Notes under the pieces: generated by a model | Told to the model about the DNA's origin: nothing | The model's database searches: none | What the model saw: only the letters and a program-made list of their open reading frames with translations | Made by a program: the position numbers and the translations under genes | Part shown: one piece after another, positions 36,281 to 46,067 of the stretch | Layout: each line of letters begins with the position of its first letter | Position numbering within the stretch: the stretch's first letter is position 1 | Assembly (NCBI GenBank): GCA_964541255.1 | Contig: CAZIPL010000005.1 | Span: 1 to 58,798, forward strand | From: an uncultured Clostridia bacterium | Lineage (GTDB): Bacteria; Bacillota; Clostridia; Christensenellales; CAMQZB01 | Length of the DNA: 58,798 nucleotides | Direction: 5' to 3'

Positions 36281-37969
36281 TTAGTTTGTTTTTAGTTTTC
36301 TGTAATGCTCGAAAAGCTCTCTTGCGTTTTCTTTCGCCGCGCTCGATTCTTCCTTTGCACCCGTAAGTCTTACTATTTCGGAAATCTTTTCTTCTTCCGA
36401 CAGAATTCTTATCGAAGTTTCGGTATGATTATCTACGACGGATTTCGAGATTAAAAGGTTTTCGTCGCCGGTTGCCGCAATCTGAGGCAAATGCGTTATT
36501 ACAAGAAGCTGGCAGTTTTTCGATAGCTTGATAAACTTTTCCGCCACAACGTGCGCGATTTTTCCCGAAATTCCCGTATCGATTTCGTCGAAAACAAGCG
36601 TTCCGATATTGTCGATACCTGCCGTGATAGACTTTAAGCCAAGCATAAATCTCGACATTTCTCCGCCCGAGATTACCTTGACAAGCGGCATCAACGGCTC
36701 GCCCAAGTTCGCGCTGAACATAAATTCCACAGAATCGATACCGCCTTTTGACAAAAGCTCTTCGAATTCTCCGTCTAAAAAGGAAACGGCAAAGTCGGCG
36801 TTTTCCATGCCAAGCTCTTTAAGCTCCGAAACGATTCTTTCGGAAAAGCTCTTCGCGACCTTTTTTCTAATTATTGTAAGTTCCGCACCGAGTTTTCTAA
36901 GTTTCTCGGTTTGCTTTTCGATTTCGAAAGTCAATCTCTCGATTTCTTCGGCTGCATTTGTGAGCTTATCGTATTCTGCGCGTGTTTTTTCTAAATACGC
37001 AAATATCTCCTCGATATTCTTTCCATACTTTCTTTTAAGGGTTTTTATTTTTTCGAGACGTTCCGCGATCGTATCAGCTTCCCTCTCGTCGAAATCGAGT
37101 TTTTCGGCGATGTCGTTTATCGTTTCGGATATATCTTCAAGCTCTATAAGGCACCCTTTCAATCTTTCTTTGAGAGGCGGAATCTCGTCGCTTAAAGAAT
37201 CTATCATCGAAAGGCTGTCTTTCGCGCACGATATAACGCCTATTCCGCCCGTTTCGCCCGACAATTCTTCGTGAGCGGCAGAGAGTGCGGCGGCGATCTT
37301 TTCGGCGTGAGTTACGAGAGAAAACCTCGCGTTAAGCTCCTCTTCCTCACCATCTTGAAGCTTCGCCTCTTCGATTTCTTCGATTTCGAAAGAGTAAAGG
37401 TCGATAAGTCTTGCTCTCTCTCTTTCGTTTCCGCCAAAGGAAGCCAATTCTTTTTTAAGCCCCGTCAAAACGTTATATTCTTTTTCGAAGTTTTGCTTTT
37501 TCTCCAAAATCTCGTCGCTTCCGAATTTATCCAAAAGCTCAAGATGCGTCGCGACTTTCGAAAGAGCAAAATGCTCGCTTTGACCGTGCACGTCAACAAG
37601 CTTCGAAGTAATTTCCCTTAGCATCGAAAGGGTCGATGCTCTGCCGTTGATTCTGATTTCGTTGCGTCCCGAAGCCGTCATAGAGCGAGTTATCAAAAGC
37701 TCGTCGTCCTCGGAAAAGCCAAGTTCGACCAAAGTCGCCTTTACGGAAGTATTATCGAATATATCGAAAACGCCCTCGACTATCGCGCTGTCTTCGCCGT
37801 GCCTTATCAAGCTTTTGTCGGCTTTTGCTCCGAGCAAAAACTCGAGCGCGTCGATTATTATAGACTTACCCGCGCCCGTCTCGCCCGAGAAAACGTTGAT
37901 TTTTTCGTCAAAACAAACGGACAATTCTTTGATAAGCGCTATATTTTTTATAAGAATACTTTTCAGCAT
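36281..37969 (-). CDS. recN: DNA repair protein RecN
   Basis: SGETGAGKSIII, DVHGQSEH, ISGGEMSR, VFDEIDTG, ITHLPQIA. Confidence 0.96.
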   Translation of the reverse strand: MLKSILIKNIALIKELSVCFDEKINVFSGETGAGKSIIIDALEFLLGAKADKSLIRHGEDSAIVEGVFDIFDNTSVKATLVELGFSEDDELLITRSMTASGRNEIRINGRASTLSMLREITSKLVDVHGQSEHFALSKVATHLELLDKFGSDEILEKKQNFEKEYNVLTGLKKELASFGGNERERARLIDLYSFEIEEIEEAKLQDGEEEELNARFSLVTHAEKIAAALSAAHEELSGETGGIGVISCAKDSLSMIDSLSDEIPPLKERLKGCLIELEDISETINDIAEKLDFDEREADTIAERLEKIKTLKRKYGKNIEEIFAYLEKTRAEYDKLTNAAEEIERLTFEIEKQTEKLRKLGAELTIIRKKVAKSFSERIVSELKELGMENADFAVSFLDGEFEELLSKGGIDSVEFMFSANLGEPLMPLVKVISGGEMSRFMLGLKSITAGIDNIGTLVFDEIDTGISGKIAHVVAEKFIKLSKNCQLLVITHLPQIAATGDENLLISKSVVDNHTETSIRILSEEEKISEIVRLTGAKEESSAAKENARELFEHYRKLKTN

Positions 37970-38421
37970 TATCCTATTTCTTCTTCGATTCTCTTTTTAA
38001 TTTGCGTAACGGCTCTTTCGCTCGAAGCAACAACCAAAAGCGTGTCGTCGCCCGCGACGGAGCCCAAAATCTCGTCCATGCCGAGCTTGTCTATCAAAAG
38101 CGCAGCGGCGTTGGCAGAGCCGTTAAGCGTTTTGATTACTATCAAATTGCCCGACGACGCCACCGAAATTACCGACTCTCTGAACATATTGACGATTTTG
38201 CCCGAGATTTTATGCGTTTGATTGTCAACGTGCGAATAAGCATATTTGCCCGACTTCGTCTGCGCTTTGATAAGCCCGAGCTCTTTTATGTCTCTCGATA
38301 CGGTCGCCTGCGTAACGTGACATCCGTCCGCTTTAAGTCTTTTCACAAGCTCTTCTTGGGTGTCGATTTCATATGCGGCGATAAGCTCGAGTATTTTGCT
38401 TTGTCTTGAAGTTCTTTCCAT
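37969..38421 (-). CDS. argR: Arginine repressor
   Basis: TQEEL, VTQATVSRDIKELG, GSVAGDDT. Confidence 0.96.
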   Translation of the reverse strand: MERTSRQSKILELIAAYEIDTQEELVKRLKADGCHVTQATVSRDIKELGLIKAQTKSGKYAYSHVDNQTHKISGKIVNMFRESVISVASSGNLIVIKTLNGSANAAALLIDKLGMDEILGSVAGDDTLLVVASSERAVTQIKKRIEEEIG

Positions 38422-38425
38422 TTCG

Positions 38426-39253
38426 TCATCCTCTTATCATTTTTTTATATAGCTTCTGATAGAAGCTTTCGTCCGCTCTTTTCAAAAGCAAAAGCTTTTC
38501 CGAAGAGCCTTTTACCGTAATTTTTTCGCCCGCGCTTAGCCTACAAATGAGCTTTCCGTCAGAAACGACGTTGCAAGGCGATTCGCATTTTTCAACCTCA
38601 ACTACGACCGTCGCCGATTCTTTGATAAGAATAGGTCTGTTGTGAAGAGAATGCGAACATATTGCCGTCAAAAGCGTCGCCGAAACGCACGGTTCCATAA
38701 TAGGTCCGCCGGCGGCAAGCGAATATGCCGTCGAGCCCGTGGGCGTTGCGACGATAAGACCGTCAGCCCTAAAAGAGTCCACCTTGACGCCGTCGGAATA
38801 CGCCGAAAACGTAGCTACCTTTGCAGGCAAAACGCCGTCGCTTGAAGACATAACGCCTATTTCGTTGAGTGCCGTATATGTTTTCCCGTTAATGGTCGTT
38901 TCGAGCATAGCTCGTTTTTCCGAAACGAGCTTACCCGCCAAAAGAAGCTCAATCGCTTCGTCGATTTCCGAATATTCGAACGCGGTGAGATAGCCTAAAT
39001 TCCCGATGTTTATTCCCAAAACGGGCAGTTTATATTTTATCGCCGTATTCGAAGCCCCGAGAACCGTTCCGTCGCCGCCGAACGTTATCAAAACGTCCGC
39101 GCTTTCAAAATCCTCGCTCGTTGCGCATTCGAACCCGTATACGTCGCTGTCAAAAAGAACTTCCGCTCCTTTTTTTTCGAGCTTTTCGGCAAATTTTCTG
39201 CTCTTTATTCCGCTTGCGTCGCGGGTGATATTGTAATGAATTATCGCTTTCAT
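38426..39253 (-). CDS. nadK: NAD kinase
   Basis: FGGDGT, GNLGYL, ALNEI, DGLIVATPTGSTAYSLAAGGP. Confidence 0.96.
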   Translation of the reverse strand: MKAIIHYNITRDASGIKSRKFAEKLEKKGAEVLFDSDVYGFECATSEDFESADVLITFGGDGTVLGASNTAIKYKLPVLGINIGNLGYLTAFEYSEIDEAIELLLAGKLVSEKRAMLETTINGKTYTALNEIGVMSSSDGVLPAKVATFSAYSDGVKVDSFRADGLIVATPTGSTAYSLAAGGPIMEPCVSATLLTAICSHSLHNRPILIKESATVVVEVEKCESPCNVVSDGKLICRLSAGEKITVKGSSEKLLLLKRADESFYQKLYKKMIRG

Positions 39254-39312
39254 TTTTACCTCTAACTAAGTTTACACCAAAATGTATAAATATTCAAGGC
39301 TTTTGCATAAAA

Positions 39313-40071
39313 TTATTTTAATTGTTCGAAAAGGGCAGTTATCTTCTCCTCCGAAAGCCCCTCTTTTTTCGTCGCAAGGCAAACGTATTCGGTATTTTTG
39401 TTCTTGCCCTCCGCCCCGACTATAAGTCCGTTCATATAAAATCCGTTAGCTCTTAACGAAGCGTTGACTTTCAATATCGCGGAAAGTCTGTCTTTGTCAC
39501 TCGTAACGATACCGTTTTTGTTGAGAGCCTTTTTGCCGCAAATGAATTGCGGTTTTATCAAAAGAAGCATTTCCTCAACGATTTCGGATAGCGGCGGAAT
39601 TATAAGTTCGACCGATATGAACGAAACGTCGGACACGGCATATAAAGCCTCTTCGCCGAACATTCCTTTTTTAAGGTCTCTGCCGTTTGTATTATCCATA
39701 ACGACGATTCTGTCATCATCTTTCAGCCTATCGTCAAGCTGGTTTTCTCCTACGTCAACGCAATAAACCTTTTTTGCTCCGTGTTGCAAAAGGCAATCGG
39801 TAAAGCCTCCGTTGCTTGCGCCGACGTCTATAAACACTTTTTCAAAAGCGTCATATGAAAAAGCGACGAACGCCCTTTCGAGCTTATCGCCGCCTTTAGA
39901 AACGAATTTAAGTTGTTCCGTTATGACGACGACGTCTTGCTCCGTTACATTCTCAGACGGCTTTACGGCGATTTTGCCGTTTACCATAACAAGAGATTTT
40001 TCTATCATTTCGCGAGCTTTCGTACGCGATTTGACATTCTCGTTTTGAGCTAAGAATACATCGAGTCTCAT
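39313..40071 (-). CDS. tlyA: TlyA-family RNA methyltransferase
   Basis: S4 domain MRLDVFL, FVSKGGDKL, DVGASNGGFTDCLLQHGA, DVSFIS, LIKPQF. Confidence 0.93.
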   Translation of the reverse strand: MRLDVFLAQNENVKSRTKAREMIEKSLVMVNGKIAVKPSENVTEQDVVVITEQLKFVSKGGDKLERAFVAFSYDAFEKVFIDVGASNGGFTDCLLQHGAKKVYCVDVGENQLDDRLKDDDRIVVMDNTNGRDLKKGMFGEEALYAVSDVSFISVELIIPPLSEIVEEMLLLIKPQFICGKKALNKNGIVTSDKDRLSAILKVNASLRANGFYMNGLIVGAEGKNKNTEYVCLATKKEGLSEEKITALFEQLK

Positions 40072-40074
40072 AAC

Positions 40075-40776
40075 TTATTTTTTGAAAACAGAAGCGATTT
40101 TTCCGACAAGCGCGATAATTTCATGGCTGTTTTTCATACTGAAATTTTTACCCATTGCCTTTCCGCCGACCGTTATTGCAGATACGCACGCCGAAAACGC
40201 GACGGATATTATGAAATTATTTAAACTGAAATTATTGACGAGAATTATTACTATCGACGAAGCGCAACCGCCTGATACGACGCCGCAAATATCTCCGACG
40301 ATGTCGTTGCAAAAGCTCGATACCTTTTCGGCGTTTTTAAGGATTTTGATTGCCATAACGGCAGACTTATCCTTTCGCGCGGCTTTCGAGACAAACGGCT
40401 CTATATCGGCAGACGCCGTTGCCGTTCCGACCATATCGAAAACTATTCCGAGCATAATGAGGACTATCAATAAAACAAGCGACAGCCACAAATTGCCTTT
40501 TTCGGATACTTGCTCCGTTATGACCAAAAATACCGACGAAAGAACGAGCGTCAAAAGAAAGGTTCTTATTACCCATCTGATGTTTTTACGCTTTTCGAGC
40601 GCTTTCTTTTCTTCGGCGTTCAGTCTCTTTTCGGGCTTTTTTTGCGTTTTGCGAGGAGGTTCCTCTTCCTTTTTCTTCTCCTTAGGTGCAATCATCACGA
40701 TTTCTTCTTGCCCGAGCGTATAATCGTCGGGAAGATCGTAATCGTATTGCTCGCTACTTCGGGGAATCTCTTCCAT
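40075..40776 (-). CDS. oapA: OLE-associated membrane protein OapA with a charged N-terminal extension
   Basis: NAEKVSSFCNDIVGDICGVVSG (DxxxD) and TVGGKA; four hydrophobic segments; directly downstream of the OLE RNA. Confidence 0.88.
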   Translation of the reverse strand: MEEIPRSSEQYDYDLPDDYTLGQEEIVMIAPKEKKKEEEPPRKTQKKPEKRLNAEEKKALEKRKNIRWVIRTFLLTLVLSSVFLVITEQVSEKGNLWLSLVLLIVLIMLGIVFDMVGTATASADIEPFVSKAARKDKSAVMAIKILKNAEKVSSFCNDIVGDICGVVSGGCASSIVIILVNNFSLNNFIISVAFSACVSAITVGGKAMGKNFSMKNSHEIIALVGKIASVFKK

Positions 40777-40854
40777 TTTTGTTTTACTCCTTGAATATAA
40801 AGTTTTTTAATAAACAAGGCGGTGAGCTGACCCATCGCCTTGAGAATTTCGATT

Positions 40855-41445
40855 GAGGTGGTTGCGTACCCAGTAAACTTTGCGGCATAAGGTTCAGTAG
40901 AGTTTCTCCGCACGCTGTACTCCCCGTCACCGCAGGAGCCGTTTCCGTTCAAACAGGTCGGTGCGCTGTCGCCAAACGCACAACTGAATCGCCACTAAGA
41001 CCACACTTTAATCCCAGATACGCATAAGCGGTTTTCCGCACAGCCTAGAATCTTTCATTAACAGATCCCCACATTCCCAGCCTCTTTTGCAGATGTATGT
41101 TTCACAGAGCGATCGCTATCATTAATGGCCTTAACTTATTCGTTGTTCCCTGATCCACACCGTCCACTCAAGGCAGGCTACACTGCACATAGCGTTTAAT
41201 GCCACATTGCAGGTTTAATCTCAAACCGTAGAGCGTGAACTTAATCTTCTCCACGTATTTGAGCCTCCGCGGTAAATGGGTCGCTCTCCGTATGCCGTTA
41301 CGGAACGCCCATAAACCTTATCTTCCAGCACACACCCCCGTTTGGGCAACGAAAGCATGCACCAGAAACTTCATCGATATGCCCGCTACGGTCTTTTAAC
41401 CCCGTTTTCAGAATGCGGAAATCCGACTAGAATACTGCACCTCCT
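40855..41445 (-). ncRNA. ole: OLE (ornate, large, extremophilic) RNA, about 590 nt
   Basis: Minus-strand segments match OLE as I recall it: GTGCAGTATTCTAGTC, GGGCATATCGATGAAGTTTCTGGTGC, AAACCTGCAATGTGG...GCTATGTGCAGTGTAGCCTGCCTTGAGTGG, GCAAAAGAGGCT, CTTAGTGGCGAT, CTACTGAACCTTATGCCG; diagnostic position between ispA and oapA. Confidence 0.93.
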
Positions 41446-41455
41446 ATGGAACGAT

Positions 41456-41484
41456 ATCATAGCATATTTTCGTCCAAATATCAA
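41456..41484 (-). promoter_or_regulatory. SigmaA-type promoter of ole
   Basis: TTGATA-N17-TATGAT with TG extension; +1 near 41449. Confidence 0.75.
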
Positions 41485-41525
41485 GCGTTTTGATAAATAT
41501 TGCTTTATTACCTCAAAAATCACAC

Positions 41526-41558
41526 AATAACAAAGCGAACGAATTTCTCCGCTCGCTA
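41526..41558 (-). terminator. Probable terminator after ispA
   Basis: Minus strand AGCGAGCG-GAGAAATT-CGTTCGCT-TTGTTATT. Confidence 0.55.
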
Positions 41559-41632
41559 TAGTTTTTTACTAAAAATAAATTGCGTTATATCGGTTTATAG
41601 CCAAAAATCGTCAACGCTGTTCGGTTTGCGTT

Positions 41633-42493
41633 TCAGCTATCCCTCTCGACGATAAAGTTTGTCAGTTCATGCAAAAAGGTAAGTCCGCCCAAAGAATCGG
41701 TGAGATATAAAATCTGGTTCTTCTTTTCTTCGATAAGCTCTCTCGTTTTTTCTTCGCCCAAAACGTTGAGAGTTGTGCTTTTATTGTCCTTATCGTCCTT
41801 GCCTACGCTCTTGCCAAGCTTTTCTTTTTCGCCGTATCTATCCAAAAGGTCGTCTTTAATCTGGAATACCTCTCCGAAAAGCGTTCCAATTTGGGAAAGC
41901 TGCGGAATCATATCCTCTCTTCCCGCAAGCGCCGCAGGGCAAACGAAGCACGCTTTCAAAAGCGCTCCCGTTTTGTTTGCGTTGATATAATTAACGCTTT
42001 CTTCGTCGCACTCTTTATCGGAATAATATAAATCCGCGGTCTGTCCCGAGCACATTCCCTTATGTCCCGCGCTTAACGCCATCAGTCTTGCGGCTGCGAT
42101 ATCCTCTTTCGTTTCGCAAGCGTCAAGCACCGTTTCGTACGCCAAGTTCAAAAGCGCGTCGCCGTTAACGACTGCAAACGCTTCGCCGAACACCTTGTGA
42201 TTGGTCGGTTTTCCGCGCCTATAATCGTCGTTGTCAAGAGACGGCAAATCGTCGTGAATGAGAGAATAGGTGTGAATCATCTCAACCGCCGCGCAAAACG
42301 CGGAAGCCTTTTTCTCTTCGACTCCGAAGTACTCCGATATATAAAGCATTATTATCGGACGAAGTCTCTTCCCGCCCGCAAAGAGAGAATATTCCATTCC
42401 CTTTTCGAGCTTTTCGAACCCCCCACCCACAAAATGCTCTTTGATACACTTTTCGGCTTTTATCTTCAGTTCTTTATATTTTTGATTAAACAT
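41633..42493 (-). CDS. ispA: Polyprenyl synthetase (geranyltranstransferase)
   Basis: GGKRLRP, HTYSLIHDDLPSLDNDDYRRG, GDALL, GQTAD, KTGAL, FQIKDD. Confidence 0.95.
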   Translation of the reverse strand: MFNQKYKELKIKAEKCIKEHFVGGGFEKLEKGMEYSLFAGGKRLRPIIMLYISEYFGVEEKKASAFCAAVEMIHTYSLIHDDLPSLDNDDYRRGKPTNHKVFGEAFAVVNGDALLNLAYETVLDACETKEDIAAARLMALSAGHKGMCSGQTADLYYSDKECDEESVNYINANKTGALLKACFVCPAALAGREDMIPQLSQIGTLFGEVFQIKDDLLDRYGEKEKLGKSVGKDDKDNKSTTLNVLGEEKTRELIEEKKNQILYLTDSLGGLTFLHELTNFIVERDS

Positions 42494-42701
42494 TTTCGTC
42501 GAGCGGAGCTTCAATGATTTTATCGAACTCTTCCTTTATAACGGTAATTTTGCCTTTCGCGCCGTTTAGTATTTCCATACATTCTTTCGAGACCTTGACG
42601 CCCTCTTCGAAAAGGGCTATGGATCTTTCCAAGCTTACTTTTTCGTCGTCAAGCTCTTTGATTATTTCTTCGAGCCTTTTTGCTCCTTCTTCAAACGTCA
42701 T
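42486..42701 (-). CDS. xseB: Exodeoxyribonuclease VII small subunit
   Basis: TFEEGAKRLEEII...SLERSIALFEEG. Confidence 0.93.
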   Translation of the reverse strand: MTFEEGAKRLEEIIKELDDEKVSLERSIALFEEGVKVSKECMEILNGAKGKITVIKEEFDKIIEAPLDENV

Positions 42702-43903
42702 ATTCTTTTATCCTCCACGATCTCCGTAACCTCCGACTTGACTTCTCCGCCGAGAAGATAGGTCTTCATCACGTCGCCGATTTTGATTTCTTCTATGCTT
42801 TTTACGCTTTTATCGCCTACCGTTACTTTTGCAAAGCCCTTATCGAGCATCTTTAACGGATTGAGTCCGTCGATAGTTCCCATGTATAGCTTCAAAGCGT
42901 TTTGCTTTTCCATAAACCTTATTCGCAAAAGGTTCAATGTTTTGTTTAAGTCGGACTTAACTCTGTTTTCGCCTTTTGTGATAACGCCTTGTCCGAGTAT
43001 TTTCAATTTGTCCACGTTATGTGTGAACGTCGTTTGCCTATGCGCGTGAACTCTTTCGAACTTTCGTCCCAACGTTTCGGAAAGCTCCACAAAATCGCGG
43101 GCTTCTTTCATAAGATCCACCGTCGAAAGCTCAGCCGCGGCAGACGGCGTCGGCGCACGAAGGTCGGACGCGAAATCGCAAAGGGAAAAGTCCGTTTCGT
43201 GACCTACGGCAGAAATAATCGGCGTTTTGCATTCAAAAACCGCTCTTGCTACCGCTTCGGTGTTGAACGCCATCAAATCTTCCATAGAGCCGCCGCCTCT
43301 TCCGACTATTATGCAATCGACAAGACCCGATTCGTCAAGCTTCTTTATGCCCTTGACTATCTCGAATTCCGCACCCTCGCCTTGAACTTTGACGGGATAC
43401 AAAACTATATCGGTGAACGGATTTCTTCTTTTTGTGACGTTTATTATATCTCTGATGACAGCACCGGTTCTACTTGTTACGACGCCTACTCTTTTAGGGC
43501 TTTTCGGTATAGGCTTCTTCTTTTTCTCGTCAAACAATCCCTCTTTTTCGAGCTTTTCCTTAAGCTCCAAAAATTTCAAATATAACGCGCCTTTGCCCTC
43601 GGGCTGAATCTTCGTTACCTTGAAAGAAAGCGAGCCCCCTTTGACGTAAAAATCGGGAGTGCCTCTGACAACGACTTTATCTCCGTTTTTCGGCACGACC
43701 GTATTCTCGGCATACCTTATGTTGAAAAAGGTGCAAAATATCTGGGCGTCGTTGTCTTTAAGATTAAAGTACGCATGATTGCCCGATATTTTGAAGTTGC
43801 TTACCTCTCCCGTCATGAGTATTCCGTGCAAGAACTCCTCAGCGTCGAATATTCGCTTTATTATCGTATTAAGCTCCGCTACGGAAAAAACTTTTTCGTC
43901 CAT
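42698..43903 (-). CDS. xseA: Exodeoxyribonuclease VII large subunit
   Basis: GEVSNFK, GHAYFNLKD, VGRGGGSMEDL, SAVGHETD, DLRAPTPSAAAE. Confidence 0.96.
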   Translation of the reverse strand: MDEKVFSVAELNTIIKRIFDAEEFLHGILMTGEVSNFKISGNHAYFNLKDNDAQIFCTFFNIRYAENTVVPKNGDKVVVRGTPDFYVKGGSLSFKVTKIQPEGKGALYLKFLELKEKLEKEGLFDEKKKKPIPKSPKRVGVVTSRTGAVIRDIINVTKRRNPFTDIVLYPVKVQGEGAEFEIVKGIKKLDESGLVDCIIVGRGGGSMEDLMAFNTEAVARAVFECKTPIISAVGHETDFSLCDFASDLRAPTPSAAAELSTVDLMKEARDFVELSETLGRKFERVHAHRQTTFTHNVDKLKILGQGVITKGENRVKSDLNKTLNLLRIRFMEKQNALKLYMGTIDGLNPLKMLDKGFAKVTVGDKSVKSIEEIKIGDVMKTYLLGGEVKSEVTEIVEDKRI

Positions 43904-44739
43904 TATCTCTCCTTAGCGGCTTTGACGGTATTTTCGAGAAGCTTCGCTATGGTCATAGGTCCTACTCCCCCGGGAACAGGCGTTATATATGATGCTTTTT
44001 CAAAAACGCCCTCAAAATCGACGTCGCCGTAAAGCTTCCCGTCTACTCGGTTTATTCCTACGTCGATAACAACAGCGCCCTCTTTCACCATATCCGCCGT
44101 CACGAAATGCTTTCTTCCGACTGCCGCCACCAAAATATCTGCGTTCTTTGAATATTCGGCTATGTTTTTCGTCTTGGAATGACAAATCGTTACGGTCGCG
44201 TTTTCTCTCAAAAGCAAAATCGAAACGGGCTTTCCGACGATATCCGATCTTCCGATTACGACTGCGTTTTTGCCGCAAATCTCAATCCCCGTAGATTTAA
44301 TAAGGTCGATAACTCCTGCTGCGGTGCAAGGCGTAAAGCCCTCTTCTTTCCCTAAATATAAGCTGCCCGACGAAAGAACGGAAAAACCGTCTACGTCTTT
44401 TTTGGGCGAAACGGCAGAAATAACCCTTTCTTCGTCAATTCCTTTCGGGAGCGGAAGCTGGACCAAAATTCCGTGTACCTTTTCGTCGTCGTTCAATGCG
44501 TTGACAAGCTCGATAACGTCCTCGGTCGTCGAATTTTCGGGGAGCTTATAGGTATTCGAAACAATACCAACCTTTTCCGATGCGCGAGACTTGTTTCTCA
44601 CATAAACCTCGCTTGCGGGATCGTTTCCGACCACAATTACAGAAAGGGAAGGAAATATGCCCTTTTCGTTCAAAGCGGCGACTTCCTTCCTTACGTTTTC
44701 TTTGATATTCTCAGCTATCTGTTTTCCGTCGATAATCAT
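43903..44739 (-). CDS. folD: Bifunctional methylene-THF dehydrogenase/cyclohydrolase
   Basis: MIIDGK, VGNDPASEVYVRNK, VQLPLP, KDVDG, GRSDIVGKP, TPVPGGVGPMT. Confidence 0.96.
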   Translation of the reverse strand: MIIDGKQIAENIKENVRKEVAALNEKGIFPSLSVIVVGNDPASEVYVRNKSRASEKVGIVSNTYKLPENSTTEDVIELVNALNDDEKVHGILVQLPLPKGIDEERVISAVSPKKDVDGFSVLSSGSLYLGKEEGFTPCTAAGVIDLIKSTGIEICGKNAVVIGRSDIVGKPVSILLLRENATVTICHSKTKNIAEYSKNADILVAAVGRKHFVTADMVKEGAVVIDVGINRVDGKLYGDVDFEGVFEKASYITPVPGGVGPMTIAKLLENTVKAAKER

Positions 44740-45140
44740 TTGCTTTCCTTCAATACGGTTGCCAAAATTCCGTTGATGAAACTCGGGCTTTTCTCGGTGC
44801 TGTATTTTTTCGCAAGCTCTACCGCTTCGTTGCATGAAACCTTTTCGGGAATATCTTCGCGATACTTGATCTCATAAAGAGCAACCAACAAAATCGCCAT
44901 ATCGACCATATAAATTCTGTCGAGCTTATAGCCTATCGCGTTCTTTTCGATATATTCTTTCAAAGCGGCGGAGTTTTCTTCAACACCCTCGAACACGTCT
45001 TTGACATACTTTCTATCCTCTTCGTCGAGCGTTACATCGTCGAAAGAGCATAATCTTTCCTCAAGGCTATCGGTTTTTGCTTCGTCAAAAAGATAGCCGT
45101 ATACTAATCTGAATGCTGTTTCTCTTGCGTCTTTTCTCAT
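44736..45140 (-). CDS. nusB: Transcription antitermination factor NusB
   Basis: RKDARE, DMAIL...YEI, NEAVELAKKYS...FINGIL. Confidence 0.95.
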   Translation of the reverse strand: MRKDARETAFRLVYGYLFDEAKTDSLEERLCSFDDVTLDEEDRKYVKDVFEGVEENSAALKEYIEKNAIGYKLDRIYMVDMAILLVALYEIKYREDIPEKVSCNEAVELAKKYSTEKSPSFINGILATVLKESK

Positions 45141-45484
45141 CTTGCTTTATCCGTTTTCAATACTACGCCCAGAATTCTTACGTCAACCGAGCTTGCCGTG
45201 AACGATGTCATATTCTCGATTCCGTTCTTCGCCGCCTCCTGAACCTTGAACGCAACGTCGGGAACGTTATATCCTTCGTAAATATAAATCGAAAGATCGA
45301 CGTAGACCTTATCTCCGTCGAAATCGAGTTTGATCTTTTGCAAATAATCTTCGGGACGAATTTGCGCGTTGTCTTCCTTGACGCTCGGCGCTACTCCGTC
45401 AACCTCAGATACGGCGAACGTAACGATGTTTGTCAAAATGTTGTTGTTATACGTCGTCCTGCCTTTCGGATCTTTCTTTTCCAT
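45137..45484 (-). CDS. Asp23/Gls24-family protein
   Basis: EVDGVA, VDLSIYIYEG, VAFKVQE...IENMT; canonical position before nusB. Confidence 0.88.
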   Translation of the reverse strand: MEKKDPKGRTTYNNNILTNIVTFAVSEVDGVAPSVKEDNAQIRPEDYLQKIKLDFDGDKVYVDLSIYIYEGYNVPDVAFKVQEAAKNGIENMTSFTASSVDVRILGVVLKTDKAR

Positions 45485-45586
45485 AATATCCTCCGAGATC
45501 TATAGATCTTATGAACATTTCATTTCACACTTAGTCTATCACAATTTTGCATATTTTGCAAGGATAGTTATGCCATTAGTTAACTC

Positions 45587-46051
45587 TCAACCCTTTATTT
45601 CCGACGAAAAGTAGTTATATAGCCCCTCGAGAGCTTCCGATATATCCTTATAAGTCCTTTCGAAATCGCCCGTATACCACGGATCTGCTACGTCGCAATC
45701 TTTCAAAGCATAGCTCATAAGCTTTTTTGTTTTTCTTCTCGCCTCTGTTCCGAAAAGTCGTTCGATATTTCTCAAGTTATTGTCGTCCATGCAAATAACT
45801 TCGTCGTAATAAGAAAAATCACTTTGCGTTATTTGCCTTGCAACCTTTCCCGTCAGGTTTATTCCGTGCTTTATAAGCTCTCTTTTTGCGGGCGGATATA
45901 CGGGATTGCCTATTTCTTCGCGACTTGTTGCGGCGGACGCTATTTCAAAGCGGTCTGCCACTCCTTTTCTTTCGACTAAATCTTTAAACATAAACTCCGC
46001 CATCGGGGACCTACAAATGTTCCCGTGGCAAACAAACAATACTTTTATCAT
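45587..46051 (-). CDS. Low-molecular-weight protein-tyrosine phosphatase
   Basis: FVCHGNICRSPMAE, SAAT, DVADPWY. Confidence 0.95.
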   Translation of the reverse strand: MIKVLFVCHGNICRSPMAEFMFKDLVERKGVADRFEIASAATSREEIGNPVYPPAKRELIKHGINLTGKVARQITQSDFSYYDEVICMDDNNLRNIERLFGTEARRKTKKLMSYALKDCDVADPWYTGDFERTYKDISEALEGLYNYFSSEIKG

Positions 46052-46067
46052 AAAACCTCTTTTGAAT

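Noticed and set aside
40830-41450. Group II intron, RNase P or tmRNA
   Set aside because: No domain V, GUGCG 5' end, RNase P or tmRNA signature; sequence and synteny fit OLE.
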